60,042 nt of DNA from contig JBHLLO010000011.1 of NCBI GenBank assembly GCA_048885535.1, positions 9,483 to 69,524 of the forward strand, given 5' to 3'. The stretch is from Candidatus Hermodarchaeota archaeon (GTDB lineage: Archaea; Asgardarchaeota; Lokiarchaeia; Sigyniarchaeales; SOKP01). This document shows, piece after piece, positions 38,160-49,092 of the stretch (positions are counted from its first letter, which is position 1; every line of letters begins with the position of its first letter). A program made the position numbers and the translations under genes. Below the pieces are notes generated by a model. The model saw only the letters and a program-made list of their open reading frames with translations. It ran no database searches and had not been told where the DNA came from.

Positions 38160-39728
38160 TTATGAAAACCCAGGTGATAATTGCTTTACTTTCTTTTTGG
38201 ACTGGACATTATTTTTCATCAAATCATCAAATAAGGGAATTTTAATTGGGATTGCAAACTTAGTAAAATTTGAGGTAATAATTGCTTCACCAATGTCTAA
38301 ACTTGCAATTGTCTGGCTATCATCTGATAAATCTTGAGCAGAACTTTCGATTAAAGTATGCCGTTCTGGTCCCATTTCATTTCCAAGAATTATCTTTGTA
38401 TTCATGTTAGCAAGAATCTCACGAGGAATTAGACTTGGTAATTGCGTAATTCCAATTAATCCAATCTTAAATTTCCTTCCCTCTCTTGCTATTTTTCCAA
38501 AAACATTTTCTTTAGCTTCTAATGCTTTAATTCCTATAACCCGCGGTGCTTCTTCAAGGATAATACTGATAACAGGTTTATTTTCTAATTTATCATTAAA
38601 TTTGAAGTTCTTATATCGATTAAAAATACTCTCAACAATAATAGTTGCAATAAAAATTTCTTCATTCCCTGAAAACAGAGAAGTATCTATAATCACTGTT
38701 TTTCCATCAACTAAAAAATTAATAATGTCTTCAATTGTAGATTCATAACCATTAAGAGAAAAGATACCGTTTTCAATGATATTATCTTCATCATCAAATC
38801 CAAATTCGAGTAATAAACCTAATTTTCTCCTTAATACTGATAAAGTTATTTGAGTTATTCCTTCTGGTACTGACTCATTCTTATCGAATATTTTTTGTAT
38901 CCACTGCTTTTTATGTAATCTATGATATAAAATAAGCGCATCACTCTGAGGTTGTGAAAGATCTATGCTCCCCAAAACATGACTTGGATATAAATATTTT
39001 ACATTAAATCTTAAATCAAGTTTTCCAGGGACATCTCTTAAAGTATAATATTTTATGAATTCATTACTTTTTGGATGATCTTTAAGACCTTTTACTCTAG
39101 GCGTTCCGTAATATTCATTGTGAGGATCAAAGACTAGTTTTCCACAAGATAAGTTTTCAATAATATTATATAGAATAACCTTAACTAGATTTGATTTACC
39201 TCTTCCAGTGGTGGCGGGAATTAAAACATGATGACGTAATACTTCTGAAGCACTAACACTGACATCTATATCCAATATTTTTGACCCTGATCGAACTTTT
39301 CCTAATGTAATAGGATCTTCATAACTTTTTTCTTTAAAAAATTGTAAATGTTGTTCGTTTACTTCATAAATAGCTCCAAAAAATTGAGGGAGTTTTTTTG
39401 GTAAGTATAAGTTATTACTTTTAACCTTTATTAGCGGTTTAGCTTGAGCTAAAACATAATTTCTTAATTCTGGTTCATAAATTTTAAGATCCATATCTTC
39501 TCTCTCTAAACCATATCCTGCTATTAGTTCTAAAGAATTCTCAGGGATTTGACTTCCATAAAACAAATCTTTAATTTGATAGATTGAATAGTCATCCTTA
39601 GCCTTTCCTGCGACAATTAATTGTCCTAGTTCAAATTCTTCATCGGATTTTTGTCTTAATATAAGTCTAACAAAAGATCCTGAAACAAAACTTCCGATTT
39701 TTTTTCCTAATTCATTCATATTAATCAA
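38160..39728 (-). CDS. herA: HerA helicase/translocase
   Basis: HAS barrel, 'HVLIPATTGRGKSN', 'FDPHNEY', 'LEEA' and 'IAREGRKFKIGLIGITQ'. Confidence 0.9.
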   Translation of the reverse strand: MINMNELGKKIGSFVSGSFVRLILRQKSDEEFELGQLIVAGKAKDDYSIYQIKDLFYGSQIPENSLELIAGYGLEREDMDLKIYEPELRNYVLAQAKPLIKVKSNNLYLPKKLPQFFGAIYEVNEQHLQFFKEKSYEDPITLGKVRSGSKILDIDVSVSASEVLRHHVLIPATTGRGKSNLVKVILYNIIENLSCGKLVFDPHNEYYGTPRVKGLKDHPKSNEFIKYYTLRDVPGKLDLRFNVKYLYPSHVLGSIDLSQPQSDALILYHRLHKKQWIQKIFDKNESVPEGITQITLSVLRRKLGLLLEFGFDDEDNIIENGIFSLNGYESTIEDIINFLVDGKTVIIDTSLFSGNEEIFIATIIVESIFNRYKNFKFNDKLENKPVISIILEEAPRVIGIKALEAKENVFGKIAREGRKFKIGLIGITQLPSLIPREILANMNTKIILGNEMGPERHTLIESSAQDLSDDSQTIASLDIGEAIITSNFTKFAIPIKIPLFDDLMKNNVQSKKKVKQLSPGFS

Positions 39729-39733
39729 TCTTA

Positions 39734-40867
39734 TTATTTTCTTATTTTGTTTAAAATATCATGTGCATCTATTGAGCGTAAACGCGATAAAATGTATTTA
39801 TTAAAAACATTTTTATCAAATTCAGTTAAAAGTTGAATCTTTTCTGACTCTACTTCTTTTTTAGATATTCTTGCCAATTGATCAACCTTGATTAGACCGT
39901 ACGGATATCCTAAAAAAGCAGGATCATCTGCATTATTAGCTATATTTGATATGATTATTTCTCTTTCTTTTTTATCAATTAAATTTGATTGTTCTAAATA
40001 AATATCAAATCGAAATGAATAGGGTGAATTTTTATTTAACTTAACAAAAAAAAGATCTGCTTGATTATCAGCCTTGGCTAATTTCATTGTAGGATAATAA
40101 TACCATGAATTTGTAGGATATTTTGAATTACCAATAATATTTATTTGAGCATTCAATGAAGTTCCACTTTTATTTAATATACGACATGATTTTGATAAAC
40201 CAGTAATATAAACTTTCTTATTAATTCCAGCAGAATATACTTCATTAGCTAATCTAGCCTCACCAGAATAGCCAGTTTGCAATGAACCATCTCGAATGAA
40301 AATATCTCCATTATTCAATTCATTCTGTATGAAGAGTTTTGCGTAAGCCCATTCACTAAAACGCATTGCAATAGTACCATGATTTTCAATTGGCATTATA
40401 AATTTACCGTGCATTCTGATTGATGAATCCTTATAGGGGATAATTAGATCTGTTTGAGGTAGATATTCTTTATATGCATCCTCTTTTGAGAAATAACGAG
40501 TTCTAAAAACCACTTCATCCTTATCATTTTTTTCAGAAATTGTAGCAGAATAAAACTCAATGATTAAAGGAACCTTCTGAGGAAAAATAATATCTCTTGA
40601 ATTTAATAAAATTCCTGCAACTCGACAGAGATTGATACTAAAATCGGAACCTTTTATTATTGGCTCAGTACCACCATCAACAAATCCAATGGTTCTAAAA
40701 TCTTTAATTTCAGGTATTAGAAATATATGCTTATCTGAGATTGTAAACGCTTCTTCACCATCTTCTATGGTTAAGGCAGAATCATCATCCTCAAAATCTT
40801 TCTTTTTCCGCTCTTCAATATACTTTATACATTCTTGAAGGGCTGGTACTTTTTCATTAGATCTCAT
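39734..40867 (-). CDS. nurA: NurA 5'-3' nuclease
   Basis: 'FVDGG', 'RDGSL', 'GLSKS' and 'GYPYGLIKVDQLAR'; first gene of the herA-mre11-rad50 run. Confidence 0.85.
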   Translation of the reverse strand: MRSNEKVPALQECIKYIEERKKKDFEDDDSALTIEDGEEAFTISDKHIFLIPEIKDFRTIGFVDGGTEPIIKGSDFSINLCRVAGILLNSRDIIFPQKVPLIIEFYSATISEKNDKDEVVFRTRYFSKEDAYKEYLPQTDLIIPYKDSSIRMHGKFIMPIENHGTIAMRFSEWAYAKLFIQNELNNGDIFIRDGSLQTGYSGEARLANEVYSAGINKKVYITGLSKSCRILNKSGTSLNAQINIIGNSKYPTNSWYYYPTMKLAKADNQADLFFVKLNKNSPYSFRFDIYLEQSNLIDKKEREIIISNIANNADDPAFLGYPYGLIKVDQLARISKKEVESEKIQLLTEFDKNVFNKYILSRLRSIDAHDILNKIRK

Positions 40868-41152
40868 TTTTGAATTCTGATTTTTCTTAACTTCTAATTT
40901 TTAGAGAATGTATATTGCATTAAGATTTATTTAAAATCTTTAAAGTTTCATATTATTTTTTTAATAATATATCAATTAACTCATTTTTAAAGCAATAGGA
41001 GTATTTAAGTTTTAAAGTTTTCATTCTCCATTATAAAACTGAGAAAAAAATTCAAGATAACAAATATAGGACTTTTTTATAAAAAGTATTAAAAAAAAAG
41101 AGAAATTGATGTTTCTTTGTTTTACTGAAGAGAATATCTTTTCTCTATGGGT

Positions 41153-41434
41153 TTACTTTGGAGGTGCTAAAACGATCTCAATGCTAGAGACATTATTATT
41201 TTGACCATTTTCACCTTCTAACTGTTCAGTGGAGAGCTTAATATCTTTGTATATTGTGCCTTTTAGAAATCTGTTTCTTAAAATCTCACACACATCCACT
41301 GCATGAGAGATTGCTCTTCCACGGGCCTTAACGGTGCATTCCTCACCTTTGTTAAGGATCATCATAGTCGCCATCACATAATTCATGGTAGGACGACGGC
41401 CCACGAACACGGCGTTTTCTTCTTTTTTTGACAA
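41153..41434 (-). CDS. albA: DNA/RNA-binding protein Alba
   Basis: 'VFVGRRPTMNYV', 'KARGRAISHAVDV' and 'VSSIEIVL'. Confidence 0.95.
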   Translation of the reverse strand: MSKKEENAVFVGRRPTMNYVMATMMILNKGEECTVKARGRAISHAVDVCEILRNRFLKGTIYKDIKLSTEQLEGENGQNNNVSSIEIVLAPPK

Positions 41435-41636
41435 GTTTAAAACCTCTATGTTTTTTTGTTATATAATTTGTTTTTTTGTTTGTGTGTATTCATGTACTAT
41501 CGTAATCATAAAATTACGAGTAATAACATGTTTTTTGAATATTTGATTTCATAAAAATCTTATTATCCATTTAACAAGAACTGATGTTATATGTATCATT
41601 AGAAATTTAATTTAACGTAAAAAAGGAACTTAACAA

Positions 41637-42260
41637 TCACTCTAATGTCTCTGATTTAATTTCTTTTTTTTCTTTTTCTTTACCTTCTTTAATAATGTCA
41701 CGAATAATGCTTATAATTAATATTGCTGAAATTATAATAAGTAGTGGAATTAATAGACCCGTATCTGCAAGTACTATTTTTATCCAACCAATATAGGGGA
41801 TACCACCACATACAATACCATAAATATTATATTCAGGAACCCAACCTTCATCGATAAGTGCATTATTATCTCCTTTTGTACGAAATTCCCAATAACTACC
41901 AGTATACCTTTTATTTACTACTCGGTGTACGACTGGATCGGCTGGGGGAACAGTCCAAACACCATGAGCATCGAACACAATAATATCGCCATTCTTATCT
42001 TCGACTGTACCGTTTCTAATATATGCAGCGTCAATTCCTCTTACAAATAGTAAATCACCCTTATTTAATGTTGGTCTCATCGAACCAGATACTACTACAA
42101 CAACAGGAGTTTCAGTGTTTAAGGAAATTTGCAATATAAAATAGATTAAAAATGAACCGAAAAAAGCTATGAAAATCATACCTATAGCTATTATAATCTT
42201 TCTTTTTGAAATAGGTTTTTTTTCCTTATCAGAATTTTCTTTTAAGCTATTTTCTTTCAT
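41637..42260 (-). CDS. Signal peptidase I (archaeal/Sec11 type)
   Basis: TM anchor, 'VVVSGSMRP', 'GDIIVF', 'VVHRV' and 'TKGDNN'. Confidence 0.92.
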   Translation of the reverse strand: MKENSLKENSDKEKKPISKRKIIIAIGMIFIAFFGSFLIYFILQISLNTETPVVVVVSGSMRPTLNKGDLLFVRGIDAAYIRNGTVEDKNGDIIVFDAHGVWTVPPADPVVHRVVNKRYTGSYWEFRTKGDNNALIDEGWVPEYNIYGIVCGGIPYIGWIKIVLADTGLLIPLLIIISAILIISIIRDIIKEGKEKEKKEIKSETLE

Positions 42261-42475
42261 ATTGTAAACATATTCTTTTCTCTTGTCTAAATAAATAAAT
42301 ATAGAAATTTAAATTTTGTTTAAACAAAAAGCTTAGCAATGAAATTTTTCAATTTGAAGAAAAAATAGATCAAAAAACTATTTGATCAAAGGAAGAAAAT
42401 ATTTTAAATAATCACATCTTAATCTTAAGATATCAGAAGATCGATCAGATCAAGAACGTTGAATTCCCTCTTAGG

Positions 42476-43003
42476 TTGAGGTTAAATAATTTGTTATTAG
42501 AGAATCCTGTCTTAAAAGATTATATTATTAACGATATTATTAAAGAAATAGAAGATAAAGGTTTTAATATAGATAAAGTATATGTAGAACATTTCATTGA
42601 AAATTTCCAGGAAGAATATCATCGCTTACCTAAAAAAAATGAAATTCATTCGATTGTTAAAAGTTACATTAGAGTAATTGAAGGTGATGACCAAGAGCTT
42701 ATCAAAGTACCTCTTGAAAAAGAAGAAAGTGTTTCTGAACAAATGGAACCTGTAATAAAAAACTTCATACAAAAGAAAAATATCATAAAATCTATTTCTA
42801 AAGAGCCATTATTTAAATATTCTGGAGAGATATTAACTCTACCTAAACCAAATGGACGTCGTACTTGTCCAATATGTGGGGATGAAAGTTGGTTCAAAAT
42901 TCATGAGACAATAGATAAGCATTATATAATCTGCCAATATCCACGTATTTATGGGAAAAAGTACACGTGTAGTGGCTGTGGTTGTCAATGGAGAGAGGAA
43001 TAG
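42476..43003 (+). CDS. Hypothetical protein with C-terminal Zn ribbon
   Basis: 'RRTCPICG' and 'KKYTCSGCGCQW'. Confidence 0.65.
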   Translation: MRLNNLLLENPVLKDYIINDIIKEIEDKGFNIDKVYVEHFIENFQEEYHRLPKKNEIHSIVKSYIRVIEGDDQELIKVPLEKEESVSEQMEPVIKNFIQKKNIIKSISKEPLFKYSGEILTLPKPNGRRTCPICGDESWFKIHETIDKHYIICQYPRIYGKKYTCSGCGCQWREE

Positions 43004-43148
43004 ATATACTTTAATATGTTCACTTGAAAATTTGGATTATTAGTTATTGTTTTAACTAGTTTTAATTAAAGATTTAAATAGCTTGATATTTAAAAATATA
43101 TTACTATTTAAATTTATAACTTTTAAAAAAGAATTGACAGATTTTATT

Positions 43149-44135
43149 ATGGAAGCTAATCATGCGATAATTTACAATCCCATCGCAAATAAGGGAAAAG
43201 TAGCTGAAGATATGAAAATCGTAACTCGATATTTTGATGACCTAAATGTTTCGTATAAGCTTTATGCAACTGAATATGCGGGTCATGCTATTGAACTAGC
43301 TAATAATCTCGCTAAAGATGGCTATAGAGTGATTGCTGCTGGTGGAGACGGAACTGCAAATGAAGTACTCCATGGAACAATAAGCTCAAACTCAGGAGCA
43401 CTTTGTGGTTTCATTCCAATGGGTTCTGGAAATGATATTCCCGCAGCAGTTGGATATAAAGCAGATATTAAACGCGCTTGTGAAATCATAGCTGAGGGAT
43501 ATTCCAGTAAATGTGATATTGGTTTCGCTAGAACTGATGCTGGAGTTGAAAGATACTTTCTCGGAATAGGGTCTCAAGGTTTCGATTCAGAGGTAGCTAG
43601 ATTATCAAATGAAAATAAAGAAAAAGATTACAATATGATTATTCTAAGTTCATTGAAATCTTGGGAAAATAAAGAAATTATCGTTAAAATGGACAATGAT
43701 CTCTTTGAGGGAGAAGCGAACCTTGCAGCTGTGGGGCTTTCTGGTGCTTATGGGGGTGGAATGTTTATTTGTCAACGAGCAAGTGTTGAAGATGGTCTAT
43801 TTGACATAAGTATTGTAAATATTGATAAAATTCAATTAGCAAGGCAATTTAGAAAGATGTATAGTGCATCCCTCTTACCCCATCCGAATGTCAAAGAATA
43901 TCGGAGTAAAAAAGTAAGAGTAGAAATGATGCACACTGAAGATAATCCATATTACACTCAGGTAGATGGTGAAGTATTAGGAACACTCCCAGTCACATAC
44001 GAATGCATCCAAGATGGGTATGAATTTATTCGTCCAAGGACAAATGAATTTGCTGAAGAATTTAAACAAAAGTATGGACATTATATGTGGGAATGTTGGG
44101 ATGAATTGAAAAGTCATAAAAAAACAAAGAGTTAA
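43149..44135 (+). CDS. Diacylglycerol/sphingosine kinase family lipid kinase (YegS/DgkB-like)
   Basis: 'IYNP', 'AAGGDGTANEV', 'PMGSGND', 'GFDS', 'YGGG' and 'QVDGE'; start at ATG 43149. Confidence 0.9.
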   Translation: MEANHAIIYNPIANKGKVAEDMKIVTRYFDDLNVSYKLYATEYAGHAIELANNLAKDGYRVIAAGGDGTANEVLHGTISSNSGALCGFIPMGSGNDIPAAVGYKADIKRACEIIAEGYSSKCDIGFARTDAGVERYFLGIGSQGFDSEVARLSNENKEKDYNMIILSSLKSWENKEIIVKMDNDLFEGEANLAAVGLSGAYGGGMFICQRASVEDGLFDISIVNIDKIQLARQFRKMYSASLLPHPNVKEYRSKKVRVEMMHTEDNPYYTQVDGEVLGTLPVTYECIQDGYEFIRPRTNEFAEEFKQKYGHYMWECWDELKSHKKTKS

Positions 44136-44188
44136 AATTAATTCAACTTTAATGGTTAAAATTATAATCACATAAGATACAATGGACA

Positions 44189-44812
44189 ATGGAAAGATGG
44201 AACTCTATTTTCACTAAAGAGGGTAAAGTATTCATAGAACCCCATCCTGATATGGAAGAACTTGTAGTATCTTTCCAAGAAAAAAATATTAGAAAAATCC
44301 TTGATCTTGGGTGTGGTACAGGAAGACATACAATTTATCTCTCTAAACATGGTTTTGAAGTCTACGGTTTGGATTCTGCTCCTAAAGGTTTAGAAATTGC
44401 CCAACAGTGGTTAAATGAGGAAGATTTAGAAGCAAAATTAATTCAACACAGAATTGAAAAACGATTTCCTTTTGTTGATGAATTTTTTGACGCTGTAATA
44501 TCAATCCAAGTTATCCATCATAATGTTATGAAAGATATCTTATTTACAGTAAAAGAAATTGAAAGAGTCTTAAAAAGAGAGGGATATATTTTTCTGACTT
44601 TTCCTATCTTGAAAGGAGGAACAAAAGTAGATGAGTGGGAACTAAAAGAAATAGAAAAAGGGACCTATATCCCTTTGACAGGACCAGAGAAGGATTTAGC
44701 TCATCACTTTTTTACAATAGAAGAAATCCATGAAGTTTTCAGCTCTTTTAATTTACTGAAAATATATATCGATAAGACGAAACATCGAGCGATTTTAGGA
44801 ATAAAAAAATAG
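44189..44812 (+). CDS. Class I SAM-dependent methyltransferase
   Basis: 'ILDLGCGTGRH', 'FDAVIS' and 'ERVLKREG'. Confidence 0.88.
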   Translation: MERWNSIFTKEGKVFIEPHPDMEELVVSFQEKNIRKILDLGCGTGRHTIYLSKHGFEVYGLDSAPKGLEIAQQWLNEEDLEAKLIQHRIEKRFPFVDEFFDAVISIQVIHHNVMKDILFTVKEIERVLKREGYIFLTFPILKGGTKVDEWELKEIEKGTYIPLTGPEKDLAHHFFTIEEIHEVFSSFNLLKIYIDKTKHRAILGIKK

Positions 44813-44829
44813 ATCCAAAGATTATTTTT

Positions 44830-45297
44830 TTAACCTAAATTATATTCAGTGAATATTTTCCTAATGAAAGTTTGCCTTCCAGCTAACTTTCCTAATTCTG
44901 TTGCTGCTTTAGAATATCTCATCATAATACCGATATTTCCTTCGATCTTTAATCTACCCGACATTATAAATTGATTTGGATTAATCCTTTTTGTACGCAT
45001 TTCTTTCCAATTTCTAAGTGGTGCTCTCATTGTTAATATCGGATTTCGTGGAGGATTTTCATTTGGAGCTAGTAAATTTATTCCCAAGCATTTACCATCC
45101 TTAAGATCCAAATAAATTCTGATGTCATCTTCAATCTCACCACTTGCTTCCATCCACAACAGTATAGACCCCTCAAAATCCACTCCCCACCCTTTTGCTG
45201 CCTGATTGTATTCCTGACTTGTATTAATAGCCTGACAAAAATCATCTACAAAATTATCACTGATTCTTAATAGATCTTCATATTTCAACACATTCAA
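44830..45297 (-). CDS. SCP2 sterol/lipid-binding domain protein
   Basis: 'YNQAAKGW', 'LDLKDGKC' and 'MSGRLKIEGN...MRY'. Confidence 0.8.
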   Translation of the reverse strand: MNVLKYEDLLRISDNFVDDFCQAINTSQEYNQAAKGWGVDFEGSILLWMEASGEIEDDIRIYLDLKDGKCLGINLLAPNENPPRNPILTMRAPLRNWKEMRTKRINPNQFIMSGRLKIEGNIGIMMRYSKAATELGKLAGRQTFIRKIFTEYNLG

Positions 45298-45348
45298 TCA
45301 CAGATTTTTCGGAATATTCAAATTGCTATTACAATTTAGAATTCAATA

Positions 45349-46161
45349 ATGAATCTTACATGGGATATTATAATTATCTTATTAATTTTTGGTTTTCTAT
45401 TCGGATTACTTAGCATTATAAGTGGACAAGGAGGAGGATTATTCTATGTAAGTTTTATGACTATATTTCTTTTAATTCCTATAAATATTTCAATTGATAC
45501 ATCTAATTTTATTATTTTATTAACCTCTGCTTCAGGATTCTTAACTTATTTAAAGGATAAACGCACAAATTTGAGACTCTCTTTAATCTATAGCGGATTC
45601 TCAATATTAGGATGTTTAATAAGCACTTTAATGTTATTATTAATCCAATTTGATAGCTTTCTTTTAAGATTTGTATTTGCTACTGTTCTTGTTATTATTG
45701 GAATATATATGGTTTATAAAAGTGTTTCAATCCGCAATTCCGTGAATTATGTAAAAGATAATGAACTTTTAGTTATGGATTTTACATTTTTAAAAGAGTA
45801 TAAATATAAAACGAATTTAAAGAGAGCGATACCACTTTTTTTATTAGCAGGTTTTACTTCAAACTTATTGGGGCTAGGTGGTGGAGTTATTGCTGCTCCA
45901 GCTTTAAATTTAGTATTAAATTTCCCAATTCATTATGCTACAGGAATTTCAACTTCTATAGTATTTTTCACTGCAATTTATAATTCTATAACTAAATTTG
46001 TTTTTAGGGTGATAGAATTCCAAATAGGTCTATTAATAGGTATTGGTTCTATATTTGGGGGTTTTATTGGAGCTAAGTTTTCAAAAAAGATTCCCACATT
46101 CTATCTTCAATTAATTGTTGCAATAATATTAATTTTATTTGCATTTGCTATTTACTTTTAA
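45349..46161 (+). CDS. TauE/SafE sulfite exporter family membrane protein
   Basis: Duplicated 'GQGGG'/'GLGGG' motifs, 'ATGIS' and 'GGFIGA'; about 8 TM segments. Confidence 0.85.
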   Translation: MNLTWDIIIILLIFGFLFGLLSIISGQGGGLFYVSFMTIFLLIPINISIDTSNFIILLTSASGFLTYLKDKRTNLRLSLIYSGFSILGCLISTLMLLLIQFDSFLLRFVFATVLVIIGIYMVYKSVSIRNSVNYVKDNELLVMDFTFLKEYKYKTNLKRAIPLFLLAGFTSNLLGLGGGVIAAPALNLVLNFPIHYATGISTSIVFFTAIYNSITKFVFRVIEFQIGLLIGIGSIFGGFIGAKFSKKIPTFYLQLIVAIILILFAFAIYF

Positions 46162-46170
46162 AGATGTAGA

Positions 46171-47343
46171 TTAATTCCTTTTCCTTTTTTTCTGATACAA
46201 CCATCTTATTGAAAATATTAATACTAAGGGTAATCCAATTAAAGCAGATATGATTATTATAAAAATTATGAAATCAGTATCTAATTGATTTATATCTTCT
46301 TTCCATGGGAAATTTCCTTTATAGTTATTAGATGGAATATCTAAATAATTGTTATAAATGAATTGCTCGATTGTTTTACCCGAAACATCAAGGCTCATAT
46401 TTGAAATATGAGACAAATCATCTTGAATTGTATGATGATACGGCCAATTAGGATTGTCCCAGAATTTTATAATTAAATCTGCTGAGGGAATTCCATAATT
46501 AACAAAAGCAACGTGGTCGTCAGTAATCCTTGCTGAATAAGCGTCAGTGGGAAATTGAATAGTATATCCTAATTGCCTTCCAATTTCAAATATCTCGTTT
46601 AGTAATGATGAAGTCGAGTATTGCTCATTAATAAATTGGAGATTTTCCCCTCCGACCATATCAAGTAAGATCATGCAATCAAAATATTCATTCGAAGAAT
46701 TATAAAAGCTATTAATAGAATTCACGAAAGCGGTTGAACCTTCGCACCAATCCCACCCTTCTATCCCAGCAGCGTAGTCATAGCCTTGATCTTCGGCATC
46801 AAAAAATAAGAACCAAATTTGACAACTTAAATTTATTTTCTTTTCAAATAGTACTCTTGCTAATTCAATTAATACACCACAACCGCTTGCACCATCATTA
46901 GCTCCTGGGACAGGTTTTATTCTGTTTCCAATTACAGGGTCTTTTGTTGCTTTTGCTCGAGAGTCATAATGTGATGCTAATATTACTATATTATCATAAT
47001 TTTCATTAAGTTTGAATAGGACATTTTGACATTCAACTGAATGAATTGTAAAATTATGTAAAACATAACTAAAATTTAATTCTATTTCTTGAAATTTTGA
47101 AACAAAATATTGAGCACATTTCTCCCTGCCCTGAGTACCAGGTGTGCGAAAATAAGTTTGATTAATCTCCACTTGATCTCTAACATAAAGAAATGCATTA
47201 TCATCCTCGAATTTCAAATCTATAACAATATTACTAATAATGTTGCTTCTAGTTAAAAATAATGGTAATAGAAACCCACTTGTTATTATTAAAGTTATTA
47301 AAATTATAGAAATAATTTTACTCGATTTTTTTATTAAATTCAC
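46171..47343 (-). CDS. M28-family metallopeptidase / glutaminyl cyclase-like, membrane anchored
   Basis: 'SHYDSR', 'GANDGASG', 'FFDAED', 'LLDMVG', 'DDHVAF' and 'HHT..DD'; N- and C-terminal TM helices. Confidence 0.85.
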   Translation of the reverse strand: MNLIKKSSKIISIILITLIITSGFLLPLFLTRSNIISNIVIDLKFEDDNAFLYVRDQVEINQTYFRTPGTQGREKCAQYFVSKFQEIELNFSYVLHNFTIHSVECQNVLFKLNENYDNIVILASHYDSRAKATKDPVIGNRIKPVPGANDGASGCGVLIELARVLFEKKINLSCQIWFLFFDAEDQGYDYAAGIEGWDWCEGSTAFVNSINSFYNSSNEYFDCMILLDMVGGENLQFINEQYSTSSLLNEIFEIGRQLGYTIQFPTDAYSARITDDHVAFVNYGIPSADLIIKFWDNPNWPYHHTIQDDLSHISNMSLDVSGKTIEQFIYNNYLDIPSNNYKGNFPWKEDINQLDTDFIIFIIIISALIGLPLVLIFSIRWLYQKKRKRN

Positions 47344-47399
47344 CTAGTGTTCAATATAATATGTTTAAATAAAAAATTAGATAAGAATTATAATTATTT

Positions 47400-47831
47400 T
47401 TAAATAGGTTCAAACCCTAAATCAATTCTGGTTTCTCCACCTTGAAGCTCAGTTTTTATAAAACTAACTTTTACAGGAGTTTCAATCTTTATAGTTTCTG
47501 GTTTACTTTCATCTACTCCGATTAACTGGCCAGAGACCATAGGACCTTCATCAAGCTGAATAACTGAAAAGCAATAAGGTTTCTTCATGGAATATCCTTT
47601 AGAAACCATAAATGTTGTTCCAACCCCTATGCAGGAAAATGCGGCAATTTTTCCCTTACCAGACATTTCTACCCATTCTAATTCTGGGGAGTTACATTTT
47701 GTGCATAAACTTCTAGGAGGTACATAAATTGCGCTACACTTCTTACATTTAGAACCCATAAGCTTATTATTTGCCATATAATCCAAATAGTTTTGAATAG
47801 TTATTTCTTTTTCTTCTACCATTTTTTTCAC
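47400..47831 (-). CDS. DUF35 Zn-ribbon/OB-fold protein (thiolase partner)
   Basis: 'KCKKC..YVPPRSLCTKC' plus OB fold; 1 bp from the thiolase gene. Confidence 0.9.
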   Translation of the reverse strand: MKKMVEEKEITIQNYLDYMANNKLMGSKCKKCSAIYVPPRSLCTKCNSPELEWVEMSGKGKIAAFSCIGVGTTFMVSKGYSMKKPYCFSVIQLDEGPMVSGQLIGVDESKPETIKIETPVKVSFIKTELQGGETRIDLGFEPI

Positions 47832-47832
47832 C

Positions 47833-49092
47833 TCATTTTTCGTAAATTGTTACAACACATGTACCACCACTGCCACCTAGGTTATGAGTTAAAGCTTTTT
47901 CAACATCAAATTTAACTTGCCTATTTCTTTCAGCGATGCCTCTCATCTGTTTAAACGTTTCAACTACCATAGCCGCCCCTGTAGCCCCAACTGGATGGCC
48001 TTTACTCTTCAAACCTCCAGAAGTATTTATTGGTAAACTTCCATCCCTCTTTGTTTCCCCATTTTGAATCGCCTCCACAGCTTTCCCTGTTTCATAAAAA
48101 CCTAAATCTTCAAGAGCTACTATTTCGGCTATACTAAAGCAATCATGGACTTCAGCTATCTGAACGTCTTTAGGACTTAAACCAGCCATCTCATAAGCTT
48201 GTCTTGCTGCTTCTTTTGCTGCTATAAAACTTGTAATGCTATCTCTATCATGTAAAGATAATGATGCACTTCCTTGACCGGTACCTGTTATCCATATAGG
48301 TGTGTCCGTATATTTATTTGCAACATCTTTAGCTGCTAGAAAAACACATGCAGCTCCATCAGTAACTAAGGAACAATCAAAAAGTCGAAGGGGCGACGCG
48401 ATATAAGGATTTGAAGTGCTTTTAAGAAAGTCAAATTCATTATTCCAGCTGGGAACTTCTTTCCCTTGACTTTCTATTTTTTTTATTTTGCTTGCCATTA
48501 TATCTTTTATTGATTGTTGCATTTGAGCATAAGGATTTTCTTTACCATTTATGTGATTTTTAATAGCTACTCTCATTAAATCTTCTGGGGTAGTCCCATA
48601 TTTATGAAAATGAGCTGAAGCCACAGCAGCATATAATCCAGGAAATGTGGCACCAGCGGGATATTCAAATATATTATCTGATGCTGTAGCTAATGTGTCA
48701 GTGACTAGAGTTGTTGAAACTTCGGTCATGCATTCAACACCGCAAACAGCAATTACATCATGAATCCCTGATGCTATTGCTATTATAGCTTGGCGTAATG
48801 CTACACCACTACTTGCACAGGCACCCTCCATTCTTGGAGCGGGTTTTGGTGTCAATCCAACTAAATTTGCCATCTGAGGTCCCAGATGTCCTTGGTGATT
48901 AAACAAATCTGATGAATAATTACCGACATAGCATGCATCCACATCTTTAGGTTCTATACCGTTATCAGTTTTGCTAACAGCATCTAACCATGCATCAATC
49001 CATAAATCTGGAATTCTCTTTGTTGGAAACCATTGACCAAATTTACTCATACCTGCTCCAACTACGGCAACTTTTCTTGCTAATTTAGCCAT
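47833..49092 (-). CDS. Thiolase (archaeal/SCP-x type acetyl-CoA acyltransferase)
   Basis: 'EGACASSG', 'DCSLVTDGAA', 'EVHDCF', 'GHPVGATG' and 'HNLGG'. Confidence 0.92.
   Translation of the reverse strand: MAKLARKVAVVGAGMSKFGQWFPTKRIPDLWIDAWLDAVSKTDNGIEPKDVDACYVGNYSSDLFNHQGHLGPQMANLVGLTPKPAPRMEGACASSGVALRQAIIAIASGIHDVIAVCGVECMTEVSTTLVTDTLATASDNIFEYPAGATFPGLYAAVASAHFHKYGTTPEDLMRVAIKNHINGKENPYAQMQQSIKDIMASKIKKIESQGKEVPSWNNEFDFLKSTSNPYIASPLRLFDCSLVTDGAACVFLAAKDVANKYTDTPIWITGTGQGSASLSLHDRDSITSFIAAKEAARQAYEMAGLSPKDVQIAEVHDCFSIAEIVALEDLGFYETGKAVEAIQNGETKRDGSLPINTSGGLKSKGHPVGATGAAMVVETFKQMRGIAERNRQVKFDVEKALTHNLGGSGGTCVVTIYEK

Noticed and set aside
34702-40867. HerA plus nuclease genes as a novel anti-phage system
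   Set aside because: This is the well-known archaeal nurA/herA/mre11/rad50 DSB-repair set; the nurA-first order and Mre11 GSHD variant are minor
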